Of a stretch of DNA of 64,000 nt, positions 37,387 to 48,911 are shown piece after piece. The stretch is taken from NCBI GenBank assembly GCA_947038195.1, contig CAMQVI010000004.1, positions 886-64,885 on the forward strand, read 5' to 3'. The translations under genes and the position numbers were made by a program. This stretch comes from an uncultured Brevinema sp. GTDB lineage: Bacteria; Spirochaetota; Brevinematia; Brevinematales; Brevinemataceae. Each line of letters starts with the position of its first letter. Positions within the stretch are counted from its first letter, which is position 1. Below the pieces are notes generated by a model. The model made no database searches, was not told the DNA's origin, and saw nothing but the letters and a program-made list of their open reading frames with translations.

Positions 37387-37826
37387 GAAGGGTCTCCACT
37401 AATAATCTTTATAAACTCGTCCTTATTAGTAACTTGTAGAAGCTTAGAAAGTGTTTTTTCTTGTCCTATAATATCTGCTAAAGTCATAATGGTTATGATT
37501 TGAGCTTCTGCATCTGAGGCACATAGGGTAAAGATAAGATGTACAGGAATTTCTGTATTTGGAAACAACACACCTTGTTCGAGTTTTAAAAAGCTAAGTC
37601 CTGTCTTGAGAGCTCCATTTTCTGGTCTAGAATGAGGTATAGCAACTCCATCAGTGAGTATAATAAAAGAGCCGAACTCTAGAATATCATCTATCATTGC
37701 TTCTACATATGATTCTTCTATGAAGTTTTGATCTAAAAGGGGGGTGCTGGATTTCCGTATAGCTTCTTCCCATGAGGATGCTTTTTCGAGAAATAAGATT
37801 CTATCTTGAATAAGGTCTAATAGCAT
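37383..37826 (-). CDS. PTS EIIA component, fructose/mannitol/nitrogen (EIIA-2) type
   Basis: 147 aa. GVAIPHSRPE contains the phosphorylatable His context of PTS_EIIA_2. Its 3' end overlaps the epimerase gene by 4 nt. Confidence 0.8.
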   Translation of the reverse strand: MLLDLIQDRILFLEKASSWEEAIRKSSTPLLDQNFIEESYVEAMIDDILEFGSFIILTDGVAIPHSRPENGALKTGLSFLKLEQGVLFPNTEIPVHLIFTLCASDAEAQIITIMTLADIIGQEKTLSKLLQVTNKDEFIKIISGDPS

Positions 37827-37964
37827 AAAATACTCCTAATTTTATTAGTTATAATTTTTTATATTATATTATAATTCTATTTTAAAAATTTTAAAACTAT
37901 TTGACTGATATATTTGATAGATAATTAATTCTTTTATAATAAAATTTTCTTCTGTGTAATAACC

Positions 37965-37993
37965 TTGACAATCCTACTATTATTGGTTATAAT
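37965..37993 (+). promoter_or_regulatory. Promoter TTGACA-17-TATAAT
   Basis: TTGACA at 37965..37970 and TATAAT at 37988..37993, upstream of the zinc-ribbon gene. Confidence 0.55.
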
Positions 37994-38041
37994 GATAGTT
38001 AATAATTCTAAATGCTATATAAAAGTATTGGAGAGGTAATA

Positions 38042-38776
38042 ATGGATCGTATATCCCGTATTCGTCATATCATTCGTTGGCAGGATCTTTATCAAGAAAA
38101 AAAAGTTATTGTTTCTACCTATGAAGGTAGTGAACAAAAGTTCACCAAACTACAAGGTGATAATAATTTAGCTCAAGAAAACAAACAAAAGCTAACAGAA
38201 CTAAGTGCGACATTATCAGAAAAAATCACTCAGGAAGAAACGCATTTGGATCATATTCTCAATCAAATAGATAGTATGGAAAAAGACAGAGACAATCTCA
38301 AAATGTCCAGACAGATCAAATCTTGGGAAAAAGATATGGATAGACTTGCTCAAGATAGAGCAGTTATTGAAGCTCAATTTTATTATGATAAATCTAAAAT
38401 GGGTGATATATCTCAAGAATTAGAAAACTTGGAAGGAAATCTATCGACTATGAGTGGGGAAATTGGACAGCTTGAAACTCATATTAATGGACTTAAATCA
38501 GAAACAAAAGACGAAAGAAAAAAAATAGAGGTAGAAATTGAAGAGATTTCTTCTCAATTTGATTCTCATTTCGTAGAATATTTCGAGCGAATTCTTTCTA
38601 AAAATAGAGGGATTGTTCTCGCAGAAATTGAAGATGATACGTGCTCTGGTTGTAATATTTTATTACCTACTGCTTTTTATAGTGGTACTATTATTCAGTC
38701 TGAAGAAGATTCTTCTCTGCTTCAGTGTCCTAATTGTTTTCGTTATCTTTACGATAAAGAAGATATTACCCTCTAA
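38042..38776 (+). CDS. Coiled-coil protein with C-terminal C4 zinc ribbon (DUF164-like)
   Basis: RBS GGAGAGG precedes the ATG at 38042 (track start 38012). Long heptad-like region, then CSGCN...CPNC. Confidence 0.7.
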   Translation: MDRISRIRHIIRWQDLYQEKKVIVSTYEGSEQKFTKLQGDNNLAQENKQKLTELSATLSEKITQEETHLDHILNQIDSMEKDRDNLKMSRQIKSWEKDMDRLAQDRAVIEAQFYYDKSKMGDISQELENLEGNLSTMSGEIGQLETHINGLKSETKDERKKIEVEIEEISSQFDSHFVEYFERILSKNRGIVLAEIEDDTCSGCNILLPTAFYSGTIIQSEEDSSLLQCPNCFRYLYDKEDITL

Positions 38777-38795
38777 ACACAACTATAAAAATAAA

Positions 38796-38823
38796 AGCCT
38801 CTTTATATAAAGAGGCTTTTTCT
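38796..38823. terminator. Bidirectional terminator aagcctcttta-ta-taaagaggctt
   Basis: Flanked by an A-run and a T-run, between convergent genes. Confidence 0.75.
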
Positions 38824-38832
38824 GTGTTTAAA

Positions 38833-41010
38833 TTAAAATTTTAGTTTGAAATTAGCAAACCACTCTTTATTTTGAGGATTTACTTCCATTCCTAAATAAA
38901 TCTGCTTACTATAAAGATACCACCCCATAATTCCTGTGGATAAAATAGCACCTGCAATAGCAGAATATAAAGTGGCTTGGCTAGCTACTTTAAAACTATT
39001 TCTTTGTGTTTCGTAGTTGTTAAGCGTTGCTGTTTCAGCAGGTGTGGCTGGGGTACCGTATTGAGAGATAATACCGTTTAATTCTTCTGCTCGTGCTTGG
39101 GTATAGATACTCGCCCCTAAAACTCCCAAGGTAGCAAACCATGAGATATAGGTAGCCGCTAAAAGCCCTTTTTGAGCAGGAGTCCTGTAGGCTGTTTCAT
39201 AGCTTTTAAATTGAGCGTCAAAATGTACAGAAGATTTTTTTTCTGTAAGGGTAATATTTTTATATACAGAATTTCTATTAGAGCTGAGGTTGGCACTAGG
39301 GTCAAGGATTTCTATTCTATATTTTGTTTCTAGGCTTAAATTACTAATAATAAGAGGTGCTTTTCCCTTATACAGAGAGTTAATAAATACTTCTGCATCA
39401 GGAAGAGAAGCTGTGATAGATATAGTTCCTGAATTATTTAAGGAACTGAGGGAATACGTTACCCTATTGGTTTGTTTAGGTATGATGTCTATAAGGATTT
39501 CTTCTGTATTAAATCCTTCTTTCAAAAAGCGTAAACGTTGTTGCCCTAAAGGGGCAGTGGGGTAAATGAGAGGGGTAGACCCTATATAAAAACCATTGAG
39601 GTAAACCAAGGTATCGGGTGGGGTAGTGTTAACTTGGAGTACAGTATAAGGCCTATTAACAATAGTAGCATGAAAGTATTTAAGCCATGTTGTCAGCTCT
39701 GTAGGGATTTCCTGCTCGGGGACTCGAAGCCTCAAATTAAGAGGTCTTTTCCGTATTGTCAAATCTTTGTCCGGGGTGTTTGGTCTACTATCTCTAAAAT
39801 TAGTGGAGACAGTTTCAAACTCATCTTTTAAACGAGGGGATACCTTAGGTTTTTCAAAAGGGGTACGAATAGAATTAGCTTTATAGGATTGAAGGTCTGT
39901 TAAACGGGCTTCTAATTTTAAGATATTAGATAAAGAAGGGGGTTGGGTATTGTATTTTTGTTCCCACCAGGCTTGTCCTGTACTTTCTGGGGGGTAAATC
40001 TGCATTCTAATATCAGCTATCGCAGGTTGGGTAAGAGAGGCACTTTGTATAGTGCGAAAATTCCCTGTTATATGATAAAAATATTCAAAAGGCTCTGTAG
40101 GCTCTGTAGATATTTCCAAATCAGGAGCTTCATTAGTAGAATCTGGAACTTTTAACAGGGCTTTCCTTTGATTAGCTCTCCATTGGGCGGGATCATCCGT
40201 TTTTAGCTTATAATCTTTGAAAGATATAGCATCTTCTTCTGTGGCTCGTCTAATTTCAATAGGAAAAAAACTAAGGTAATTAGTTAATTCGGGGAATTCT
40301 TCATAGAGTAGAAGAAGCATATTAGTAGGAGTAAGAAGATTTTTATTGACGATTACAACATTGGTTAGGATTTCATTTGTTTTTGTAATAAGAACCTCAT
40401 TAGAAGTGAAATTAGTAACTTGTTCCCCTTCTTCATAAGCGGTATTAGTAGTAACTCGATAATAATTAGTGTTGGTGGTAGTTACAGCATCATACTGAGT
40501 TTCTTGGGTGGGTACGACTAAGAGGTAGTTTGTCAGATAAGAGAAGTAAGAAGCATCAGGATCGACAGCTTCATCATCTTCGTCCTCATCATCATCTTCT
40601 TCTTCGTCATCTTCTTCTTCATCATCATTGATACCGTTATTGTTGGTATCGTTATCATTAGTATCATCGTCGTCGTCATCGTTTGTAGAAATGGTACTTT
40701 GAAAAAGATTGGAAAGCTCTGAAGATACATAGAAAGGCATCCCTTCAAAAGGAATATAAGCGAGGGTATAGCGTAGGGGTTCTAACATGGCTTCGATAGT
40801 GTCGGGGATTGCTTGCTCTAAATACGCTCTATTTGTATCTCTAGGCGAGAGATTGTTAAAAGGGTGTAATACCACTGTAACTTTTTTAGGGAAAGTATTG
40901 ACAAGAGCATTTTCGAGATTGCTTCTATACTCGATTTCCTCCCGTTGAGGAATGCGATAGCAAGCATTCAGCGATAAAAAAAGAAGAAAGGAAATAATAT
41001 ATTTTTTCAT
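38833..41010 (-). CDS. Large lipoprotein with Asp/Glu-rich tract, two PEGA domains and C-terminal TM hairpin
   Basis: Lipobox LSLNAC. NDDDDDDTNDND...DDEEEDDEEEDDDEDEDDE. PEGA-like VNTTPPDTLVYLNGFYIGSTPL and SLPDAEVFINSLYKGKAPL. Two TM segments near the C-terminus. Confidence 0.7.
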   Translation of the reverse strand: MKKYIISFLLFLSLNACYRIPQREEIEYRSNLENALVNTFPKKVTVVLHPFNNLSPRDTNRAYLEQAIPDTIEAMLEPLRYTLAYIPFEGMPFYVSSELSNLFQSTISTNDDDDDDTNDNDTNNNGINDDEEEDDEEEDDDEDEDDEAVDPDASYFSYLTNYLLVVPTQETQYDAVTTTNTNYYRVTTNTAYEEGEQVTNFTSNEVLITKTNEILTNVVIVNKNLLTPTNMLLLLYEEFPELTNYLSFFPIEIRRATEEDAISFKDYKLKTDDPAQWRANQRKALLKVPDSTNEAPDLEISTEPTEPFEYFYHITGNFRTIQSASLTQPAIADIRMQIYPPESTGQAWWEQKYNTQPPSLSNILKLEARLTDLQSYKANSIRTPFEKPKVSPRLKDEFETVSTNFRDSRPNTPDKDLTIRKRPLNLRLRVPEQEIPTELTTWLKYFHATIVNRPYTVLQVNTTPPDTLVYLNGFYIGSTPLIYPTAPLGQQRLRFLKEGFNTEEILIDIIPKQTNRVTYSLSSLNNSGTISITASLPDAEVFINSLYKGKAPLIISNLSLETKYRIEILDPSANLSSNRNSVYKNITLTEKKSSVHFDAQFKSYETAYRTPAQKGLLAATYISWFATLGVLGASIYTQARAEELNGIISQYGTPATPAETATLNNYETQRNSFKVASQATLYSAIAGAILSTGIMGWYLYSKQIYLGMEVNPQNKEWFANFKLKF

Positions 41011-41052
41011 TTCATCATTATAGGTTAAATTATTGTTTTTATCAAATTTTAG

Positions 41053-41691
41053 CTACTTCTTTCGGAGATTGGCATAGATCGTGTGAGGAGATATTTTCAG
41101 ATGCTCCGCAAGGAGCTCTGTGCTGCCTCTTAATCGAAAAAATCCTTTCTCATCAAGGTTATAAATTATGGTTTTATTTTTGTCTTGATGAGGAATATTA
41201 TTATCCAGAAGAACATTTCGTTCTACTTTTTGTAAAAGATCCACCATCATATTTTCCACAGAAGCACTAAATATTTCTGTCTCTTGCCCTTCTGCAGAGA
41301 TAGGATCGTCTGAAGAAAATACTTTTATGAGATCAGATATTTTCATATCTAAATTAAAATTAACACACATTAAGCCTATGAGTTTATCTTGGTTGTAGAT
41401 AGGGGTGGTTATACATTTTAAAGTGTTATTATCTAGCCCTTTACTATAATAAGGGAGAATATCTTCTTTGTTTTTGCTTTTATGAACCATTTCTAAAGCT
41501 AAATTAGTAATGGGTGCCCCTAGGCTGCGACCTGAAATATGCCCATTTTCTATAGCAATAACGCATTTTTCTAAATTTTCTAGGGAATGTACTACAAATT
41601 CACAATTTGTTCCAAATAACTTAGCCAAATCTTTTATCGTTTTCGTATAAGAATTTATAATGATTGTATCTTCTTGAGTGAAATCTACCAT
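41053..41691 (-). CDS. YheO/DauR-like PAS-domain transcriptional regulator
   Basis: 212 aa with an N-terminal YheO-like PAS region and a C-terminal HTH (GSTELLAEHLKISPHTIYANLRK). Divergent from the ridA-tpl operon. Confidence 0.65.
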   Translation of the reverse strand: MVDFTQEDTIIINSYTKTIKDLAKLFGTNCEFVVHSLENLEKCVIAIENGHISGRSLGAPITNLALEMVHKSKNKEDILPYYSKGLDNNTLKCITTPIYNQDKLIGLMCVNFNLDMKISDLIKVFSSDDPISAEGQETEIFSASVENMMVDLLQKVERNVLLDNNIPHQDKNKTIIYNLDEKGFFRLRGSTELLAEHLKISPHTIYANLRKK

Positions 41692-41867
41692 AAACTTCTC
41701 CTTTTATTTATTATACAATTCTTTTGATTTTTAATCAACAGTTTGTTTTTTGAAAAAATTTGAATATATATCTCTTTGTATATGAGCTAATTAAAAATTT
41801 ATTTAAAACAATCAAATAAAACTTGATTTAATAAAATAACATTGTATAATAAATAAAAAGAGTGAGG

Positions 41868-43693
<1,826 letters not shown>

Positions 43694-43721
43694 TTTAATA
43701 AAAAATTAAAGGGTTTGTATA

Positions 43722-44960
43722 ATGTCAGAAAATATGAAAAAACCATCTATCTTAGGTGGTGCGATGATAGTAGCGGGGACTTCTATAGGGGCGGGTATGT
43801 TAGCCCTCCCTACTGTTTCTGCAGGAATGTGGCTTGGGTGGAGTGGCGTTTTACTTTTATTAACTTGGTTTTGTATGCTACGCTCTAGTCAAGCAATTTT
43901 AGAAGTAAATCTTCATTTTGAACCAGGTGCTAGTTTCCATTCTTTAGTAAAGGACACTCTAGGGACTACATGGAGTATTATTAATGGACTTTCTATTTCT
44001 TTTGTTCTATATATACTAGTTTATGCATACATTAGTGGGGGAAGCTCTATGGTTTCTTACCTCTTTGAGGCAATGGCAGGGGTTACCATAGATAGAAAAT
44101 TAGCTAGTGCTCTTTTTGCAATAGTTTTAATTGTTTGTGTGTGGGCAAGTACATGGTTAGTGGATAGGCTCTCTGTGATTATGATGATGGTTATGGTGGG
44201 AGCATTCTTTATCTCTATGTCTGGTATGATACCTACCATATCTATGGCTAATATCTTAGATATAGATGGTACCAAAGATGGTCGATTCATCTATATCTGG
44301 GCAGCAGTTTCTACGTATTTAACTTCTTTCTGCTTCCATGGTAGTGTACCTAGTCTTGTTAAATACTTTGGTAAAGAACCTGTTAAAATATACAAATGTC
44401 TTATCTATGGAACAATTATAACTCTAGTTTGTTATATTATTTGGATTTTAGTGGCTAGTGGAAGTGTTTCTAGAGAAGGATTTAAAGCTGTTATTGCTGC
44501 TGGTGGAAATGTAAGTACCTTAGTTCAAGCAGCAAATTCAAGTATATCTAGCAATTTAATAGTAAGAGCTTTGGATACTTTTACATCTTTAGCTGTGGCG
44601 ACATCTTTTCTAGGGGCTGGTTTGGGTCTATTTGACTATTTAGCCGATCTCTTTAAGTTTGATGATACCCCTATAGGTAGAGGTAAGACAACTCTTATTA
44701 CTTTTATTCCTCCTATGATAGGGGGGATATTCTTTCCAGAAGGATTTATTGTTGCTATTGCTTGGGCAGGATTGTTTTCTGTTATTTGGTCTGTGATTGT
44801 TCCAAGTCTTATGGTAATGAAAGCTAGAGAAAAATATGGGGTTGGGATGTATACTTCATCCAAAGGTAATTTCATTCCTTATTTTCTTATAGCATACGGA
44901 ATTATTGCTGGAGTTTTCCATATCCTAGTGGTCTTTAAGTTTCTTCCAGAGTTTCATTAA
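43722..44960 (+). CDS. tyrP: Aromatic amino acid permease, TyrP/Mtr/TnaB (HAAAP) family
   Basis: 412 aa, about 11 TM segments. N-terminal SILGGAMIVAGTSIGAGMLALP matches the TyrP/Mtr signature. Confidence 0.8.
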   Translation: MSENMKKPSILGGAMIVAGTSIGAGMLALPTVSAGMWLGWSGVLLLLTWFCMLRSSQAILEVNLHFEPGASFHSLVKDTLGTTWSIINGLSISFVLYILVYAYISGGSSMVSYLFEAMAGVTIDRKLASALFAIVLIVCVWASTWLVDRLSVIMMMVMVGAFFISMSGMIPTISMANILDIDGTKDGRFIYIWAAVSTYLTSFCFHGSVPSLVKYFGKEPVKIYKCLIYGTIITLVCYIIWILVASGSVSREGFKAVIAAGGNVSTLVQAANSSISSNLIVRALDTFTSLAVATSFLGAGLGLFDYLADLFKFDDTPIGRGKTTLITFIPPMIGGIFFPEGFIVAIAWAGLFSVIWSVIVPSLMVMKAREKYGVGMYTSSKGNFIPYFLIAYGIIAGVFHILVVFKFLPEFH

Positions 44961-44980
44961 TTATAATTTATGCTGTAAAA

Positions 44981-45009
44981 AGATCCTCAATATTATTGAG
45001 GATCTTTTT
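44981..45009 (+). terminator. Intrinsic terminator after the permease gene
   Basis: gatcctcaata/tattgaggatc stem followed by ttttt. Confidence 0.75.
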
Positions 45010-45050
45010 ATTATGGTATAAAAAATTGATTATTATAGTTTTTATATTAT

Positions 45051-45447
45051 AATATAAAAAAGGAGTATTTATATGAAAAAACAAATTGCTACAGACAAAG
45101 CGCCAAAGGCAATAGGGCCTTACTCACAGGCTATTATAGCCAATGGAATGTTATATGTCTCTGGTCAGATTCCAGTCAATCCTACTACAGGAGAAGTGAG
45201 CAGTGACATCAGCGAACAAACAAAACAAAGTATGGAAAATATCAAGGCTATTCTTACAGAAGCGGGTACTGACTTTACTAAAGTAGTACGTTGTGGAATA
45301 TTTATTAAAAATATGGATGATTTCGCTAAGATTAATGAAGTGTATGGTTCTTATTTTACAGAGCCTTATCCAGCGAGAGCTACGGTAGAAGTAGCTCGTC
45401 TCCCTAAAGACGTCTTAGTAGAGATAGAAGCTATGGCGATTGTGTAA
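45051..45447 (+). repeat. Direct repeat copy 2 (RBS plus ridA)
   Basis: Collinear with 41868..42266. Confidence 0.9.
45073..45447 (+). CDS. ridA: RidA-family enamine/imine deaminase, copy 2
   Basis: 124 aa, differing from copy 1 at 6 residues. Has its own TTGATT-16-TATAAT promoter-like sequence upstream. Confidence 0.9.
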   Translation: MKKQIATDKAPKAIGPYSQAIIANGMLYVSGQIPVNPTTGEVSSDISEQTKQSMENIKAILTEAGTDFTKVVRCGIFIKNMDDFAKINEVYGSYFTEPYPARATVEVARLPKDVLVEIEAMAIV

Positions 45448-45464
45448 TAGAATATTTTAAAAAA

Positions 45465-45496
45465 TAAAAAAGCTCCTCATATGAGGGGCTTTTTAT
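45465..45496. terminator. Bidirectional hairpin gctcctcat/atgaggggc with flanking A-run and T-run
   Basis: Between the convergent ridA copy 2 and the ThiD-family gene. Confidence 0.65.
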
Positions 45497-45508
45497 TATT
45501 TAAAATAT

Positions 45509-46339
45509 TTAAATTTCTAAGTAATCTGGTCTATCTTCTCTAAACCAATTATGATCTACAGGACCTACACCACTCCCCAAACTACTAATAATTGTAGATT
45601 CTAAGGCTTTAGTGATAAATTTTTTGGCTCTTCTGACGCTTGTCTCTAAGGAACGTCCTTGAGCCAATGAGGCTACAATAGCAGCAGATAGAGTGCATCC
45701 TGTCCCATGGGTGTGAGGGGTATTTACTCTAGGAGTGGCAAGAAAAATCATTTCTTTCCCTTGTTCCACAAAAATATCAGTAGAATCCTCTGTGCTATAA
45801 TGTCCCCCCTTAATAATCGCAGATTTGATTCCCATGTCTAAAATACGCTTTGCAATTTCGATTTGGGGTAGGGTGGTTTTAGCGGGGTCTTCTCCTATAA
45901 TAACCATAGCTTCAGGAAGGTTAGGGGTAATAATAGTAGCTAAAGGTATGAGCCTTTTAATCGTGGCTTGAATGGCAGAAGGACTGAGCATAGGGTGATT
46001 GTTTTTGAGCATCATAACAGGGTCGAGAACGATAGGGATATCTTGAGCATGTTCTTCTAGGTAATCTGCTACCATGTGGATCACGTCTTCTTCTATAAGG
46101 ATTCCTATTTTAATAGCTTTGGGGCGTAAATCTTCAAAAATCACGTCTATTTGATGTTTAATGGTGGGGGTATCTATCATAAGACGTTTTTGCACGCCCA
46201 GAGTGTTTTGAACAGCAACAAGAGTAAGAGCAGTCATACCATAGCACCCAAAAGCACTAAAAGTTTTTATATCGGCTAACATACCAGCAGCACCAGAATT
46301 ATCTAATCCTGCAATAGTTAAAATAGGGTATTGGAGCAT
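45509..46339 (-). CDS. ThiD/PdxK-family kinase (hydroxymethylpyrimidine/phosphomethylpyrimidine or pyridoxal kinase), paralogue A
   Basis: 276 aa. ILTIAGLDNSGAAG, KIG(I)L, VLDPVM, GTGCTLSAAI. Confidence 0.85.
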   Translation of the reverse strand: MLQYPILTIAGLDNSGAAGMLADIKTFSAFGCYGMTALTLVAVQNTLGVQKRLMIDTPTIKHQIDVIFEDLRPKAIKIGILIEEDVIHMVADYLEEHAQDIPIVLDPVMMLKNNHPMLSPSAIQATIKRLIPLATIITPNLPEAMVIIGEDPAKTTLPQIEIAKRILDMGIKSAIIKGGHYSTEDSTDIFVEQGKEMIFLATPRVNTPHTHGTGCTLSAAIVASLAQGRSLETSVRRAKKFITKALESTIISSLGSGVGPVDHNWFREDRPDYLEI

Positions 46340-46379
46340 AATTTTTTATCCTTAATATTTATATTATTATAGATTAAAT

Positions 46380-47210
46380 TTATATAGTTAAAAAACGGGG
46401 TTTTTCTTCTCTAAACCAATTATGATCTACAGGACCTACTCCAGCCCCTAGGCTTTGTTTTTTGGTAGATGCTAGGGCGTGAGTGAGGAAGTTTTTAGCG
46501 ATTTTTACACTTTCCTCTACACTATACCCTCGAGCCAGAGCAGCAGCCGTTGCAGCAGATAGAGTGCAGCCTGTTCCATGGGTGTGAGGGGTATCAATTC
46601 TTGGCGTACGGAGATAAACCATAGCCTTGCCTTGTTCTATAAAAATATCTGTAGAATCTTTGGTATCGTAGTGCCCTCCCTTAATAATAGCAGCCTTTAC
46701 GCCTATATCAAGGAATCTTTGAGCAATTTCTTCTTGGCTTAGGATGACTTTGGTGGGGTCTTCTCCTATAATAATCATCGCTTCAGGAATGTTGGGTGTA
46801 ATAATAGTCGCTAAAGGAACTAATCTCTCAACGAGAGCTTTGGTAGCGGTGGGAGAAAGTAAAGAGATATTACCTTTGCACATCATTACAGGATCGAGGA
46901 CTATAGGAATATCTTGAGCATTTTTTTCTAAATAGTCGGCTACCATAAGAATAATTTCTTCATTAAGGAGCATTCCTATTTTGACAGCTTTGGGACGCAT
47001 ATCTTCAAAAATTGTTTCTATTTGTCCTTTTATAATAGGAAGATCAATAACAAAACGATCCTTTACTCCTAAAGAGTTTTGTACAGCGACAAGGGTAATA
47101 GCACTCATACCATAACAGCCAAAGGCACTAAAAGTTTTAGTGTCTGCTAGCAAGCCAGCTCCACCAGAATTATCTAAACCAGCAATAGTGAGAATAGGAT
47201 ATTGAATCAA
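46380..47210 (-). CDS. ThiD/PdxK-family kinase, paralogue B
   Basis: The track start at 47225 is a TTG inside a GGAGG RBS. A TTG at 47210 gives MIQYPILTIAG..., collinear with paralogue A (MLQYPILTIAG). Confidence 0.85.
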   Translation of the reverse strand: MIQYPILTIAGLDNSGGAGLLADTKTFSAFGCYGMSAITLVAVQNSLGVKDRFVIDLPIIKGQIETIFEDMRPKAVKIGMLLNEEIILMVADYLEKNAQDIPIVLDPVMMCKGNISLLSPTATKALVERLVPLATIITPNIPEAMIIIGEDPTKVILSQEEIAQRFLDIGVKAAIIKGGHYDTKDSTDIFIEQGKAMVYLRTPRIDTPHTHGTGCTLSAATAAALARGYSVEESVKIAKNFLTHALASTKKQSLGAGVGPVDHNWFREEKPRFLTI

Positions 47211-47280
47211 TGTAGTTTCCTCCAAAATGTTTCTATATTATACTATAATTATTATATAAATAAAAGAAAAATTACCATTT

Positions 47281-47327
47281 AAAAAACACTAGGGGCTACC
47301 TTTCTTTAAGATTGGCAGCCCCTAGTG
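47281..47327 (-). terminator. Intrinsic terminator closing the riboswitch-controlled operon
   Basis: The minus strand reads cactaggggctgcc-N13-ggtagcccctagtg followed by tttttt. Confidence 0.75.
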
Positions 47328-47349
47328 TAGGGTATATGTGGTTTTTTTA

Positions 47350-48879
47350 TTATCTTACATTTATCTCTGTAACGAGATTATTAACTATTTTCAGTTTATA
47401 AGTCGTTCCCTTATAGGAATATTTTAAATCAGAGTGGTTTGGCGACGTGTAGGAGATGTCTGTATCAATCCACACACTCTTAGGAGAGGAATTGATATCA
47501 AAAGTCACTTCAACGTAGCGTTTCTCTATTACGGCGGTCGCTTTTAGTTTACTTGGGTCAAGGGATTTCTCTTCATCTACACTTGAAGGTGGTCGTCCAG
47601 GTATAAAACTGATCCTAGTATACAAGTACTTAATCCGTCTCCCAGAATCATCAGAATTGTTAAACATCCCATAGTGTAATTTCCCACTTACAATAGGAGG
47701 TAGAACAATAGGAGGAGGAGGAGGTGTGTTCACATCAATTTTAACATATACAATTTTATTATTGGCTATGGTAATACTATGTTTCCACTCTTTATCCCCC
47801 ACAGCTACAGTATATGTAATAATACTATCCCCTGTATACTTTTGGGCACTGTCTATATATAAGTCACGAGTGTAGTTAAAAGTAATTTTTGTTATAGTAC
47901 CCGTTGCTGTCCCAACTACTCTCATGTCTTTTCCTGATAAGGCAGTTTCTGCTGCTCCAGTTTTTAAGTAGCGAGCGTCTATGTCATCATTATCAAACAT
48001 AGCCACTGTTAGAGGTCTAGGAGCTGGTGGGGCAATATTTTTTCGCTCTCTTTCAGCAATAGCCACGACTTCATGATTTTTTATGCTTAGGATATAGGAA
48101 TAACGGGTATTTGCTACGGTGATACTATAAGAAATAGTCCCATCTTTTTTGTTATAAGGCGTATTAGAATCAAAATAAATAATGGGCAACTTACCTCCAA
48201 GGATACGAGTTTGTCGGAAAGAATCATAACCAGGAACGGGATTAACTGCCTGCACTTTGAAGTCTTTTTGTGACCCACCATCATAGCTATATGATATAGT
48301 CATTCCTTCGAACATAGCTTCATCAAGGAAAGGAGGAATAGGCAGCTCAGCTCCTTCAGGGACAGCTATGGGGATTAGGTCTGAAGTATCCACAGATTTT
48401 CCGTCCCAATTGGCGATATTAGCGAAACCTCTAGCATTTCTCGTACGATAGATAATATCATTAGATATACGCACCACATACAGAGCGCCGTATAGTTTGG
48501 GGCTGGCTGATGAAGGCATATACATAATAGCTGTTTTTTCATCTACAAAATGAGCAGGGAATGTACTTAATTTAGAGACAGGGATATGAAGGACATAGTG
48601 CTTATCAGGATCCACATCATCCATATAATCCCATAAATCTCCATCTTTAAACCAAAAGTGCATATTTAGAGAGCCACCACCCCAGATATTAGCTCTCCCG
48701 TGCCATTTGTTATCTTCATGGATATCTTTTATTAATTCTGCCCAAGATGTGGCGTATATTGCTTGAACTGCAGGACTTATATCTACAGATTCAGAAAGAG
48801 TAGGGGGCTCAGGTATCAAGCTACATGATATAGCTGAAACACTTAGGAATAATCCTAAAACTAAATTTTTAATATTCAT
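47350..48879 (-). CDS. Lipoprotein, unknown family: N-terminal domain shared with the 185-aa neighbour plus three repeated C-terminal modules
   Basis: Lipobox SAISC. Pro-rich linkers APPAPRP and TPPPPPIVLPPIV. Repeated module endings YSYILSIKNHEVV / WKHSITIANNKIV / YKLKIVNNLVT. Confidence 0.75.
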   Translation of the reverse strand: MNIKNLVLGLFLSVSAISCSLIPEPPTLSESVDISPAVQAIYATSWAELIKDIHEDNKWHGRANIWGGGSLNMHFWFKDGDLWDYMDDVDPDKHYVLHIPVSKLSTFPAHFVDEKTAIMYMPSSASPKLYGALYVVRISNDIIYRTRNARGFANIANWDGKSVDTSDLIPIAVPEGAELPIPPFLDEAMFEGMTISYSYDGGSQKDFKVQAVNPVPGYDSFRQTRILGGKLPIIYFDSNTPYNKKDGTISYSITVANTRYSYILSIKNHEVVAIAERERKNIAPPAPRPLTVAMFDNDDIDARYLKTGAAETALSGKDMRVVGTATGTITKITFNYTRDLYIDSAQKYTGDSIITYTVAVGDKEWKHSITIANNKIVYVKIDVNTPPPPPIVLPPIVSGKLHYGMFNNSDDSGRRIKYLYTRISFIPGRPPSSVDEEKSLDPSKLKATAVIEKRYVEVTFDINSSPKSVWIDTDISYTSPNHSDLKYSYKGTTYKLKIVNNLVTEINVR

Positions 48880-48911
48880 TTTATTTTTTTCTCCGTACTA
48901 ATACTTATTTT

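Noticed and set aside
40533-40748. Periodic GAT/GAA/GAC-rich DNA and an alternative-frame 71-aa ORF; considered a tandem repeat or CRISPR-like array
   Set aside because: There is no spacer/repeat organisation. The periodicity is triplet codon repetition encoding the Asp/Glu tract of the 725-aa lipoprotein, and the 71-aa ORF is an off-frame artefact.
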